Shown: piece by piece, positions 14,201 through 26,710 of the stretch
Position numbering within the stretch: position 1 is the first letter of the stretch
Layout of the letters: each line of letters begins with the position of its first letter
Assembly: GCF_009914755.1 (NCBI RefSeq)
Contig: NC_060931.1
Reading direction: 5' to 3' (one strand)
DNA from: the human T2T-CHM13v2.0 reference genome, Homo sapiens
Length of the DNA: 64,000 nt
Position numbers and translations under genes: made by a program
Notes under the pieces: generated by a model
Told to the model about the DNA's origin: nothing
Seen by the model: the letters and a program-made list of their open reading frames with translations, nothing else
Databases searched by the model: none

Positions 14201-15281
14201 GTTCTCCATCTTCATCACTCAGCTGGAGAATCACCAATGAACATGAAGAATGAGCTTCACTGGCTCCATTACTAACACAAGTATAATTTGTATTTGAAAC
14301 ATTTAAATATTTATTTGCAGGCCAGAGAGACTCTGCCTTTCAGCTGGTTGCCCAAAAGGCAAAAGTGTGACAATCTATTGACAAGGTATGAGAGACACAC
14401 CTGTCTTTGCAAATATATCAAACCAGCCTTGAAGACAAACTTTCCAGAAGAGAATTCCTTACTTAAAATAGTTTAAAAGAAATCATTCTATTTAATCTCA
14501 ATTCCAAGCATCCAATATGAAAGGCAGGAGCTAGGATAAGTATGCACTATTCCCATGAGAAAACCATAGTGCTACAAATAACCCTCATGAACTAGTCCTC
14601 AAAGAGCCCAAATCCTCTGAAGTGTAGCAATGACATGCTCAAAAGTGATATCTCTTAAGGTCTCTTCATTCATCTTTACTAGTAAGCTTTAAGCTGTTGC
14701 TAAAAATGTTTCCCATCATAACTGCAACACTGATCTTTTAAGAATCTTCTCTAACGCCAGGAGTAACTATTTCTATTTCTTACTCATCCCCTAACTAAGC
14801 TTTTCTCTCTCTTCTCATTTGGTATCAAATTAGGAATCACAACTCTACTATGCATTACTGCTTTCTACCTCTCACAAAGTGGAGGGATGAGATGATAAAT
14901 GGGGTAGTTTCACGTTCAAGAAACAAACAAGGATTTATTTTGAAGCATGAATTCTTGAGACAATTTCACTTTAAATACTGGAACTTAAGTTATATTCACA
15001 TGGAAATATACATGTCTTTAATGGATTCACTGTGTTCTGCTGGGGTTCATCATTAGGAGACTAGTTTTTGCTGGAATCACTGTGCCTGTGTGAATAGAAA
15101 TAACCAAATGCAAAGTCACACTGAGGTTTTACAGACACATTCTCTCCTGTTTTCTAGAAAAGTACAGGATCCAGAAACCACATTCTGGATATTCAAACTC
15201 TAGACAGCCTAGAATGATCAGCTTTAGAACATTCAGTGATAACTAACAACTTCCTGAGAGCACAAACCCAAATCAACTTAC

Positions 15282-15338
15282 CAAGTTGCAGATCATACTC
15301 TGGTCTGTCTGCATTGTGAATAATGAAGTATCCTGGGG
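15282..15338 (-). CDS. AMPH: Amphiphysin exon ~16 (57 nt; PQDTSLFTMQTDQSMICNL)
   Basis: gattttcag|CCC CAG GAT ... AAC TTG|gtaagt. Confidence 0.96.
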
Positions 15339-15411
15339 CTGAAAATCAAGGATAAAAATAGAAGATGTTTTTTAAAGATATTTAAATCAGCTACCATCAA
15401 TTGTGTCTGCC

Positions 15412-15415
15412 TACG

Positions 15416-15467
<52 letters not shown>

Positions 15468-15495
15468 CATCTATCTATCGACACTCTATCTATCT
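15412..15495. repeat. (TCTA)n tetranucleotide STR, upstream of the exon 16 acceptor
   Basis: About 13 perfect ATCT units plus degenerate units. Confidence 0.95.
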
Positions 15496-15497
15496 AA

Positions 15498-15784
15498 TTT
15501 TTTTTTGAGAAAGGGTCTCCTCTGTTCCCCAGGCTGGAGTATAGTGGTATGATCATGCTCACCGCATTCTCCACCTCCCTGGGCTCAGGCGATCTACCTC
15601 AGCCTCCTGAGTAGCTAGAAGTACAGGCGCACATCACCACGCCTGGCTAATTTTTGCATTTTTTTGTATAGACAGGGTTTCATCATGTTGCCCAAGCTGG
15701 TCTCGAATTTCTGGGCTCAAGCAAACTGCCGAGCTTGGCCTCCCAGAGTGCTAGGATTACAGGTGGGAGCCACCATGCCTGGCC
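15498..15784 (-). mobile_element. AluJ
   Basis: Diverged reverse Alu with gggctcaag AluJ-type features. Confidence 0.9.
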
Positions 15785-16199
15785 TCAATAAATATTATTT
15801 GAAACATGTTCAAGTCCCCTTTTATTTTAAATCATTAAGTCAAAACATGCAAAAGTAAGTTTTAATAATAGTTATTCTAAATATAAGTCTCTGCTAGCAG
15901 AATACTATGAGAGTCATTAAACAGAGGCCACTGGCTTCAGGGGCATCTTTAGTCCACAGCTTCTCTTCTGGCCGTTGATATCAAATCAGAAGTTAGTGGT
16001 TGAAGCTCCAAAATTTAAACTTTTTAAATGTTGTGAATTCAATCTCACTATATTACTTAAGTGTTCCTTCTATGGGTTATGTATGAACCATATGTTAACA
16101 TTTCATAAAATATGTTCATTGACCTAAACAAATCAAGCTGGAGGAAATCTAAAGGAAAAGTAATCTCTAAAGGAAACTTCATCTCTCATTACATTGGTA

Positions 16200-18800
16200 G
16201 CCAGGCTTGCACCCTCCAAACAGGAGACCCAGGTGTCTTTCCTGGGAAATCTGCCAGCTCAAGGAAAAAAACAAAATGCCTGAAGAAATTGACATCAGGG
16301 GATGCCTAACGGAAAAGATGAGCCAGTGCCTTTTGGTTGAAGATGGTGTTTTGAACACATGCAGTTGCCTCTGTTACCTCCTGAATCCAAACTAAACAAC
16401 AATAAAGGGATTTTTAAGGCATCAACCTATAAGAATGAAAAGAATGAGAAGAAAGATAGAAACAACAAAATGTTGAAATTGGAAAGCAGATGAAAGAATA
16501 GTAACTTGGTAGATCAAAGAAATCTGTATCCTAAGGTGATGCTAGAAATGCTGCAAATCAGTCCGATTTGTTCCTTAGAACTCCCAGTGGTGAAAAATTA
16601 GAAGCATAAAGAGCCACAGGAAACAGGAGTGAGGGTGGTGGTAACAACAGAAGAATAGTAAAAGTCTATTACAAAGTCATCAGACCTCAAGATATTCTTA
16701 CCTACTAAGAACACCAAGCAACATCCTTGCCTACCCTAGCAGAAGACTTGAGATTAATTATATAGAGGCTGAAACAGGGTCCCTGGACTGGGGAACACAC
16801 AGGCACATCAGGAAGGTAGAAGCACTGAGTACTTACATAATAAATATTGAGACCATGCACCCCTCTCTCGCCACTCTGCTCCCATTTTTTCCCCAATCAC
16901 CTCCATTACACTAGTAGTCAGACTTGAACTTCACAGACAGGAGACAAAATAAATCTTCCCTGGGAAATCTGGCCAGCCCAAAGGAAAAAAAATGCCTAAA
17001 GAATCTGACTTCAGTGGCTCCCCAACAGAAAAGATAAGCCAGAAAGTCCTGCAACAATGCCCACAGTCAATGAACTCTATCTACCTGTACAAGGTTCCAG
17101 TCAGCTTTTCAGCATCCCACTTTTAAATATGAATATTCAGTCAAGATCACCAAACATTTGAGAAGTCTCAAATATAAAAGAGAGATGGAATAGAAAGGGT
17201 TAAGCAAGAGGAAGAAACAAAGATTTTGCAAAAATAATTCAAAATGATTATTAATACCTTCAGAGATATAATGGAAGAGAATCATTCATGACACAAGAAG
17301 AAGATGCTATTGGAAAATAAATATGCAGTAAACAAAAAGAGTTATTGGAAATTGAAAAAATTATAGGGTGAAAAACCTGTTAGAATAGTTGGCAGAGAAA
17401 GTAGAGAAAGACAACAGAGAAAAGGAAACAGCAAAGAAACAATAATAGAATACTAGTCAGGAAGTTAAAATATGAAAAAGAGAAGTGTTATGGAATGAGA
17501 GAACAAAGGAAAAAAAAAGATAAAGCCAAGAAATATTTTTTTAAAATTCTCCCAAACCAAAACCCATAAATTTTGAGATTAAAAAGGCTTATACAGTGGA
17601 TGAAAAGAGACTCAGACCATAGCCCATCATTGAAACATTTCAGAAACACTGAAGTAAAAAGAAGATGCTACAAAGTTCCAGAGAGAAAGAGAGAAAAGGA
17701 AGATGAAAGAGGTAGGAGGAGGGAGATAGAGAGAAAGAATGAGGAGAGGAAGCAGGTTTCTTACAAAATATCAAGAATCAAAATGACAGTTTCTTGAAGG
17801 CAACACTAGGTGGTAGGATTGAGTGGAGCGATGGCTGTAAAATTATAAGGGAAAATGATTTACAGCTTCGAATATAATACCCAAACTAGCAGTCCAGTAT
17901 ATTAATATATATGTAGGACATGTTCAGATGTGTAACGTCACAAATATACACCTTCCGTGTATGCACTTTTTTCAGAAAGCTACTGGAGGTTGTGCTCCAC
18001 CCAAATGAATGATTAAACCACAAATGAGAAAACTTGCATCAGAAAACAGTGGAAGGACAGGAAAGAGAGGTGAAGGCAGTCCCCATGACCAACAGGATGG
18101 AAGAGCCAGTGAGAACAGCTCTACAGCAAGTCACAGTCATAGAGTACCCAGTTCAGCCCACAGCAGCCCAGGAGAGGAGGACAGATAGGCAATTTCTTCA
18201 AGAAGATGAAACTGATTGAATGTCTAGTGTTTTCAGCAAAATAGGAGATTTGTATAACTATAGAGTATGGGGTTGAATATGTGATAAGTACCTAGAAAAC
18301 TAAGCATATCAATCAAAAGGCAAATAAATTAGACCCACAATTTTTTTATAATTACCACAAAGGAAAACAAAAAGTTGGCATGAAACAAAATGTGAAATTC
18401 ATGACTTGGCTGTTAATAGCATTTTCATCACTATTACATTACCACAGATTGCCTGGATGGCTTTGATGGAACTCTATCAGAGGAAGGGCAGGAAGCAGAA
18501 GAGGGGGCGAATTGGGTGGGTAGGAGGTGGAAAATACTTTAAGTCTTCACCTTCCAGAGAGATGAGTCAATAGATAATACTTTAGAAATCAAGAAGCAGC
18601 ATTATAAGAAACCCATGCACACATATAGGGCGGAAACAGAGAATTTGTTGAAGGAAGTGAAACTATTTACCTCTAAGAAACAGGAAATGAAGGGAGTGTA
18701 TGGTGGTCTGAAGTTTTAAAATAAAAGCCCTTATAAAAGTTGTTACTTTTAAAATTATGTGCATTAATAACTCTGATGGAAATACAAACCTGAAAAGAAT
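16200..18800 (+). mobile_element. Old L1-related element (L1M/HAL1-like, degenerate ORF1-like region)
   Basis: A-rich strand-biased sequence with ORF1-like pieces (aagaatcaaaatgacagtttc...gaaaatgatttacagcttcgaatataatacccaaac); boundaries approximate. Confidence 0.55.
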
Positions 18801-19818
18801 GAGAAATTGATGACAGAGCCTATCATAACCTTTCAAAGGAATTTTCTGAAGATGGAAGAGATGCATTAACGTCTCTTTGTATTTGTGTGTATCTGTATTT
18901 GGATGTGGGAATATCAGTGGGTTTTTATCTTTTTACAGGTAACATGGGAAAATAATGAAACCTTTAAATACAGAATTCTATTTATGAATATATTATGAAT
19001 ATATATTTAGAGAATTATAAATGCTAAATTATTAGAAACTGTGCATGTCTGACATTCTGAGACAAAGCAGGCATCACAGACAAGCCTGTCTGAGGTCTCC
19101 ATTGAAGAGGTTGTCAGAACTGATCCAGGAGCCTGAGAGCCATGTGGCCGGCCTTTTACACAGGTTACACCTGCCTACCTGTTGGGACATACACATACAC
19201 TGTCCTAATGGGACAGTTCATCTTGTGGTTTCTCTTTCACAGACTCTCAAGAAAAATACTGCCTTATTGGACACAACCAGCCTATGGTTTCTGATCTTCC
19301 AACAGCTCCTTCCTGGAGAACTGCTGAAGAGGTAAGGCTCTGTGCAGTGTGGCTCCTATAGGAATCTCTAGAAGGAAGCTCCTAAAACCCTCTCACATTT
19401 TCTAAAGATCCATCTCATTAGTTCAAAACAATCCTAGCTCTTCTTTAGAACAGCTGAATCCAGTGGATCTCTCAGATCAGAACAACTTCTAATTTCTAGT
19501 AGAGGAATCGGTAGAAGGTAGAAGCCCATGGTATAGCTAATCATATTAATAAAAGCTAAACTAAAGTCAGGGAGAACTTAGTGTGTGCTAGCCTGCTGGG
19601 CTAAACACTCTGTTGCATAGCTCATTTAATCTTCACAATAATCATACAATGTTGCTACTATTCTGTTTCCATTACTCAGTCTGTAAGTAGTGGGGTCCAA
19701 TTTTGTGCTGATATTCTTAATCATTACGCTATACTAGTGGCACAGAGAACCAAACCACATTGAAAAAAATGTGCATCATTCTCAGCAGATGGATCTTGTA
19801 AGAAAACAGATTCCTTAC

Positions 19819-19851
19819 CTGTGTGAATCCATTAAATGAACCACCAGAAGC
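19819..19851 (-). CDS. AMPH: Amphiphysin exon ~15 (33 nt; ASGGSFNGFTQ)
   Basis: tttctgtttag|GCT TCT GGT ... ACA CAG|gtaagg. Confidence 0.96.
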
Positions 19852-20705
19852 CTAAACAGAAACGAAAATCAGATTGTGTTATTATTTTTCATTATCATTT
19901 TGTAGGACCAGTAAATATCCATTAGACAAGTTGGAAAGTAAAGACTATCACAAGTTTTAAAATAATACAAAAGGTTGCTGTGCATGAAAGAACTTAGGAA
20001 ATGCAAAGGCCACACTGTATGATTTTAAATAGGCTGACAAAAAAAAAAAAGAAAGGTTAATTTTACAATTATTGCTGCTGCATTATTGCTTGGTGCCAAC
20101 CAAAACCCACTTTCTCTATAATGAGAAGATGATTCCAGAAAAGGGCCATTAGGAGTTAAATTGCTTGTTTTTCAGGCCATTGATAGAATCTAGAAGAAAC
20201 TTCTCCAGTGTTTCTACAATGCATCATTTTGATGAACAGCAATTATGATATTTTACAGTTTCAGTGGGCCTGGGTTGAAACATTTCGTGTGTTCTTTTTG
20301 GAGTGGAACCACTTCAGGAACAGTAAATTAGTCTGTGCTGCTCTTGGTTTAGCACATTTTTAGTACCTGCATAGTAAAAGTGAAAGTAGGGAGAATAAAC
20401 TCAGAAAATGAGATGGTAACATAGACTGTCATTAATTCCCAACACAATCATTCTGCTTTGTGTGTATGTGTCTATGTTGTTGGGTTCTTTTTGTTGTTGT
20501 TGTTGATGCTGCTGCTTTTTTTTTTTTTTTTGGTCAACCTATTTGTGTTTGGTTTGCACAGATTTCAAGAAGTACATGACAATCTGTTAGAGAGATCAGG
20601 CCTCCTAGAAGATAGTGATGGATAATGAAGTAGGTGACAGACATGAGGAAAAACAGAGCCTACAGAAGTCTTTGGCTAGTCTATGCTACAGACCAGGGTA
20701 AGTAC

Positions 20706-22445
20706 CTCGTCTTTGTCAGCCTCTATTTCTTGGTACAACAATCCATATCTCTGGTTAGCAATTTCATCTTCAGATAAATCTGAGTTGTTGATGTCCTGGT
20801 CTCGGGAACTAGCAGAACTCTCAGTGCTAGCATTCCAGGAGGTCCCCAAAATCAATGGTCTTGCTATCTCCTGGCTTTGTTCCCAGCAGCTAGCAATGGC
20901 TTGTTCCCTACAATCACCTGCTAGTAAGTCCACCTTCAGTTCTTCCTTGTGCTCAACTACATCTGAATGTGTCCAGCTATTATCTAAGCCTTCTGTATCT
21001 CTGATAGGCCAGTGGTTAATAGAATCCAGACAACTGGCAAATCCACTTGCTTGGCCATCTGGTATACCAGAGAATCCTGTTATATCCAAATTATTCATTG
21101 CTGAATCCAGGCTTGGCTGCCAGATTTGACCTGGATCTGTTCCCCAAGAGTCTATCTCTGCAATTCTTGGCAAGTTAACAGTATGACTACGGTTCTCAGT
21201 TACTGTTCTTTCAGACCCTTCTATTAGTGAACTTTCTGCCTTACATGAACATAAATCTCTTCTGTTTGCATCTCTTCCCAGAGAATAATTAAGGTCAGTC
21301 CTAGACTGAGCTTCTACTTCAAGTTTTATTGATAAAACAGCCTGATTTTTATCCCTGTCACCTACAAGAGCATTTAACACAGTCTCACACTGAATTTCTT
21401 CAGCATCTGTACTGTCTTGTGCTGGGTAAAATATCATATCATGGTTGGGAGTGTCTATTGCATTTTTCTTTATGTCTTTTCTAGTCAAATCCCATCCCTC
21501 AGGGCTGCCATCTTCAATATTAGATACAGAGTAGGTCTGGAGAGATGGATTCAAGATATCTGGGTGATTGGCAGGTTTGGCTCCAAAGCCTTCTATCATT
21601 CCACAATTATTGATTACCTTTTGAATTCCATCATGTAGACCTTGGTCTCTGTCACTAAGTTCTTTTGCCATATCTCCTCCTTCCATGTCCTTTTCTAATA
21701 GGTCAGTTTTCTCAAAATAATTTTCATTGGTGTTTGTACTTTCCTTATACCCTGCTCTTAGATCTTTTCTAGTTTCCACTTCATTAATTTTTAAGGTCTT
21801 ATGGTCTTCCTTTCCTATGGTATTAAGAAGTTCTACCACTCTGTTTCCTGTCCTTTCACATGCTTTCTCTTCAAATTCCTCTGTACCTTCTAGTGTCTTG
21901 ATATCAATAGCTCCAGTGTCTACCTTTTGACACGCCTCCACACCTGCCCACAGAGAATCTTCTATCTTCTGTTTCTCTTCCTCTTCATCTGACTTCTTCA
22001 TATCTTCATGACTTTCTTTGAACAGGCCAGCTGTGTCCATGGCTGGCATGTCTGAGTCAAGTGGGTCATACAGCTGCTCCATCTCCACACAAGCAGCAAT
22101 GGCAACTCCAGCCTCCGGCGCAGGCTTTGGGGGCAGTTGTTCATTTCCACCTGGAAAGGCTGGCCCCGGGGCATGCTCACTCTCTTCAGCTACAGTGGGC
22201 CAGTCAGCAGACGAAAGCAGGCTGGTGGATAATCTTATGTCTTGCTCTGTTTCGGAGGGACATGCAGAGTCTTCTCCAAACCCACCTGAGGTAACTTCTT
22301 GGCTGACCCTGTCTGTACTAGCGTCAGGGCCCCAAGTAAATGCACCTATATCATTTTGAGATCTTTGAATTTCTTCGGCCAACCCACTGTCTGGAGTTTC
22401 CTCCATGATCAGGTTACACAAGGAAAGACTTTCTGAAGAGTCAGT
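20706..22445 (-). CDS. AMPH: Giant alternative exon, 1740 nt / 580 aa (TDSSESLSL...YQEIEADKDE); likely retina 'insert B' of amphiphysin Ir
   Basis: Core of the 617-aa ORF 20676..22529. A long T-rich polypyrimidine tract ends ...ctttaaag|ACT GAC and the exon ends GAC GAG|gtactt. Length is divisible by 3, phase 0/0 like the flanking exons; non-repetitive, acidic, no stops. Confidence 0.9.
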
Positions 22446-22709
22446 CTTTAAAGTATGCAGAAGAGCAAAGGAAAAAAAACAAAAACAAAAGATGAAACAG
22501 AACATGGTAAGATTTGATGAGAAACACAAAGCTCTTCAGGCGAGTAGCACCAGTAAAACCAAACTGGAAAGTGATTACATTCATTGGCTTAAGGTTTAAA
22601 TCTATGACTAGCAATGCCATGGGGAAACAGTTCATTCTAGAAAATATACTATGTATGTAATGCATATCAAATACCAAAAAAATCCAGAATGATCTGGATA
22701 TTTACCTAC

Positions 22710-22733
22710 CGGCTGTACCAAATCAGTGCTTGT
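22710..22733 (-). CDS. AMPH: Amphiphysin exon ~14 (24-nt microexon; TSTDLVQP)
   Basis: tttctttacccatacag|ACA AGC ACT GAT TTG GTA CAG CCG|gtaggt. Confidence 0.95.
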
Positions 22734-24243
22734 CTGTATGGGTAAAGAAAATAGTAACAATAAGGCGAGAGAGAAAATTCACTAACACAATAAAATCCTA
22801 TGCTGTCTAGAGTCAACATTCTGCTGAAGGCTATAGCTTTTACTGGTTTAGGAACAAATTTTACAACTTGTTTTGTGATAGGAATGATTTTTGTTCCAAA
22901 ATTTTTTAAGACCACCATAGAAAAGGCACAAATGAAACACAAAGAAAGCCTCTTTCACTTTCTAGCATCAGCAAGGATGTTTTATGGCTAGTATATGACT
23001 TCTGCTTTAGCAGACTCTGAAATGCTAAGTTTCAAACACATAAGCAAGTTTGAGAACATCGGAATAAGATCAAGCACTAGAGGTCAAGAAATTACACAGT
23101 AGCACACACTTTGACACAGTATCAGAAGAAAATATTCCCCAAACTCATCCTATACTTGGCTCTGTCTTTGAGATGGGTGTTTAGATGGAGAATGGTCTGA
23201 TATTAACCAGTCTGACTGCCTGCAGAGTTCTCTTGATGTCATTCCCCCAAATTAGCAGCCATTTTCTCCACATAATGAAAAAATCTTGCAAAGTTGAGAA
23301 GATTAATAGCTGTGAGCAACTATGTTCAGAAAGCTGTTGTTTTGCATTTTGATATCGCTACCATTCCTAGCAAGTTTGTCCTCTGAAACGTTCAAAAGCT
23401 CTTTTTAGACGATACCTTCACCCTCTCCATACCCTCCCAGCGAGGGAAGGAAAATGTGTTACAGTTCCACTAAAGATATAAAATATTGGAATAACAAAAA
23501 ATAGCATTGTCTTTTTAATCTCCAAGGAAATTAACACAGAGTTGAAGTTAGAATTCAAATGACTCGAACATCAATCCATGCATGCCTTTTTGTGAATATA
23601 TGAGTAAAACTTTTCACTAGAAAAGATATAACTTATTCATTGGTGGTTTCAATAGACATTTTTAATCTCTCTTCTTGAGCACTTCCCTTGATGCTCCAAG
23701 GATCTTAAAGAGTGCAGTATGAGCCCTGCAACTGCAGAAGGAAGGGACAGACATCTTTTTGTTTTGAAGGGAGAAAGAAAGTGGCAATGTCAATTCAGAA
23801 GTGGCATTGCCCATGAATAGCTAGATCTATCGAACTTTCCTTTTTCTGCCTCACAATAAAAGAAGAAAACATACAACTTAAGTTGAGTTCTTAAGACCAC
23901 ATCACCAGGGCTTTTCTAAAACAAAGACCCTGCTCCAAGGGATATGAGGCTGTAGAGGTGTGTGACCAATCACCTAATTTCACAGCACCAATGAGACCAC
24001 CACAAAGCTCTGTTTGTGACACTTTCCCAAGTCTAAATTATGGAGTAGTTATCCTTACACATCAGATTAGCTGAAAAAACATCAGTAATAACATCTACCT
24101 TTTATTGATACACACCAGACACCATGCTACATACTTTACAATTATCTTATTTAAACCTCACACAACCTTCCGAGGTAGGCATCATTACCCTTATTTTATA
24201 AATGAGAAAAAAATGATGCTTAGAGAGTTTTAGAAATTGCTCA

Positions 24244-24544
<301 letters not shown>

Positions 24545-25056
24545 GTAATTGCTCAAAGTCTCAAGGTTATGAGTAGTAGAGTTTGGACTAAAATCCAGGG
24601 CTATCTGGCTCTAAAACTCAAGTTCTTATTAACCCAAGCTTCATTGAATACAATCACTTTTTTTTAAAATGGTACCATGTGCCAAGTAGCCCATCTCTTC
24701 CATTTTCTCATTCACACTTTCCTTGTCTTCTATTTAAGTGTGTGTGTCCTTCACTGCAACAGCTCCTTTTGCCACCAACCACCACAGAAAGAAACAAAGG
24801 GCCAAACTCTTGACCATTATTCAAATTATTGACCATTATTCACCCAGGAGTCTGGTCCACTGTACTCTTCCTTCACCATCATCTTCCGGTTCTGATAATG
24901 CTCAAGACTTTCAGTGGCCTAATGATCATTCTAGGGGACTATATCATCATTAAATGTATGTGTCTTCTTTCTGTTGCAAATGAAATAAAATATAACAAGG
25001 TTTCCAAATTTCTGGGGATCAAGATACATGAAAAAACAGAGTTATTAGTGGCTTAC

Positions 25057-25080
25057 CGTCCATAGGTCCCAGGGCAATGT
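25057..25080 (-). CDS. AMPH: Amphiphysin exon ~13 (24-nt microexon; TLPWDLWT, clathrin W-box)
   Basis: ctaacagtatttttgtttatttgctttcag|ACA TTG CCC TGG GAC CTA TGG ACG|gtaagc. Confidence 0.96.
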
Positions 25081-25189
25081 CTGAAAGCAAATAAACAAAA
25101 ATACTGTTAGTTATACAAATCTAAAACATAAAAAAATGCTGAGGTGACAAAAGTTCTTGAAATCATAAGCATTTTTTAAGCATTTTGTA

Positions 25190-25388
25190 CAGTACTGTTC
25201 AATAGAACTTTTTTTGGTGAAGGAAATGATCCATATCTGTGCTTATCCAGTATGGTAGCCACCAGTCACATGTGGCTATTGAGCACTTGAAATGTGCTAG
25301 GGTAACAAAACCACATTTTAAATTTTACATAATTGTATTATACTTAATATAAGCTTAAATGGCACTTAGCTTTGGATAGCACAGGTCT
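25190..25388. mobile_element. MER3-like hAT-Charlie DNA transposon
   Basis: ctgttcaatagaactttt...ggtagccaccagtcacatgtggctattgagcacttgaaatgtg. Confidence 0.7.
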
Positions 25389-25453
25389 AATCAATCTCAA
25401 CTTTCACTATGTGAGTAGAAAACTATATTTGAAACACAAATGAGGTTATTTTA

Positions 25454-25455
<2 letters not shown>

Positions 25456-25487
<32 letters not shown>
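25456..25487. repeat. (CA)n microsatellite
   Basis: About 16 CA units. Confidence 0.95.
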
Positions 25488-25489
<2 letters not shown>

Positions 25490-26307
25490 CATTAAAATGA
25501 AGTAAACAAGGTGTCCAAATTTTAGAGCTTGTCACATCTTTGAGGAAATGCAGGCCCTAATCACTGCTAATGCTATTTCCTTCCCATCTCATTCAAGAGG
25601 ATGTAGGATGACCAGCTTAATGGTAAATGAGCCCCAGAAAAATAGTTCTTCAATATGTTAAATTAGATGATAACACACTGCTCAATGAATTGGTAATCAT
25701 ACAAATTGGCAGAGCACCCCCTAAGACATGAATGAATTACACTTACTACTGGTATTTTAATTATAAAGCTTATGAATCCCGGGGAGTGAGGCCAGATGGT
25801 TCAAATGGCTTCCACTATGGGTGAGGGGAGCAGGGAAGACTTCTCTTTCTTATTTCCTTTATGATTGAGAATTGCTGCTAAAGCCACATCCGATTATGCC
25901 CATGTCTTTGTGACTAGAATGGATCCACGTTTATGCACTTATTTTGAACTACTAAATGTCAACAGCAAACTAGAGAGCCTGGCATTGCCACCTTAAAAAT
26001 ATGATGGTTTTCGGTTGAGATTGCAGAGGCCTCATTTGGGCTCCGTATTATAGAAAGCAGGCCCTGTGGTTCTGATACCCACCCACCTGGTTGGGTCCCA
26101 TTCTAACCGCTCTGCATGGCCTGCCTTGCATCTCCATGCAGCCTGCCTGGTCTCTTGCTTAGCATTTTCTCGTAGGATGACTAAGACAGGAGAGAACAGC
26201 TCCATGGAAAGCCACAGTTTTTTGTACATGGATCTAATATATGTTTTCTGATTATCTAGATGATTCTCATTTCATTGCTTCATAGCCACTTAAGAATCAA
26301 AGATCAT

Positions 26308-26710
<403 letters not shown>

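Noticed and set aside
20683-22359. Plus-strand ORFs (148, 113, 77 aa etc.) overlapping the giant exon
   Set aside because: Antisense shadows of a coding sequence; Ser/Leu-rich, with no independent splice or start context.
20676-22529. 617-aa ORF as a stand-alone intronless nested gene
   Set aside because: Its N-terminal 28 'residues' (FCFIFCFCFF) are the translated polypyrimidine tract and its last 9 follow a donor site; it is better explained as an AMPH cassette exon.
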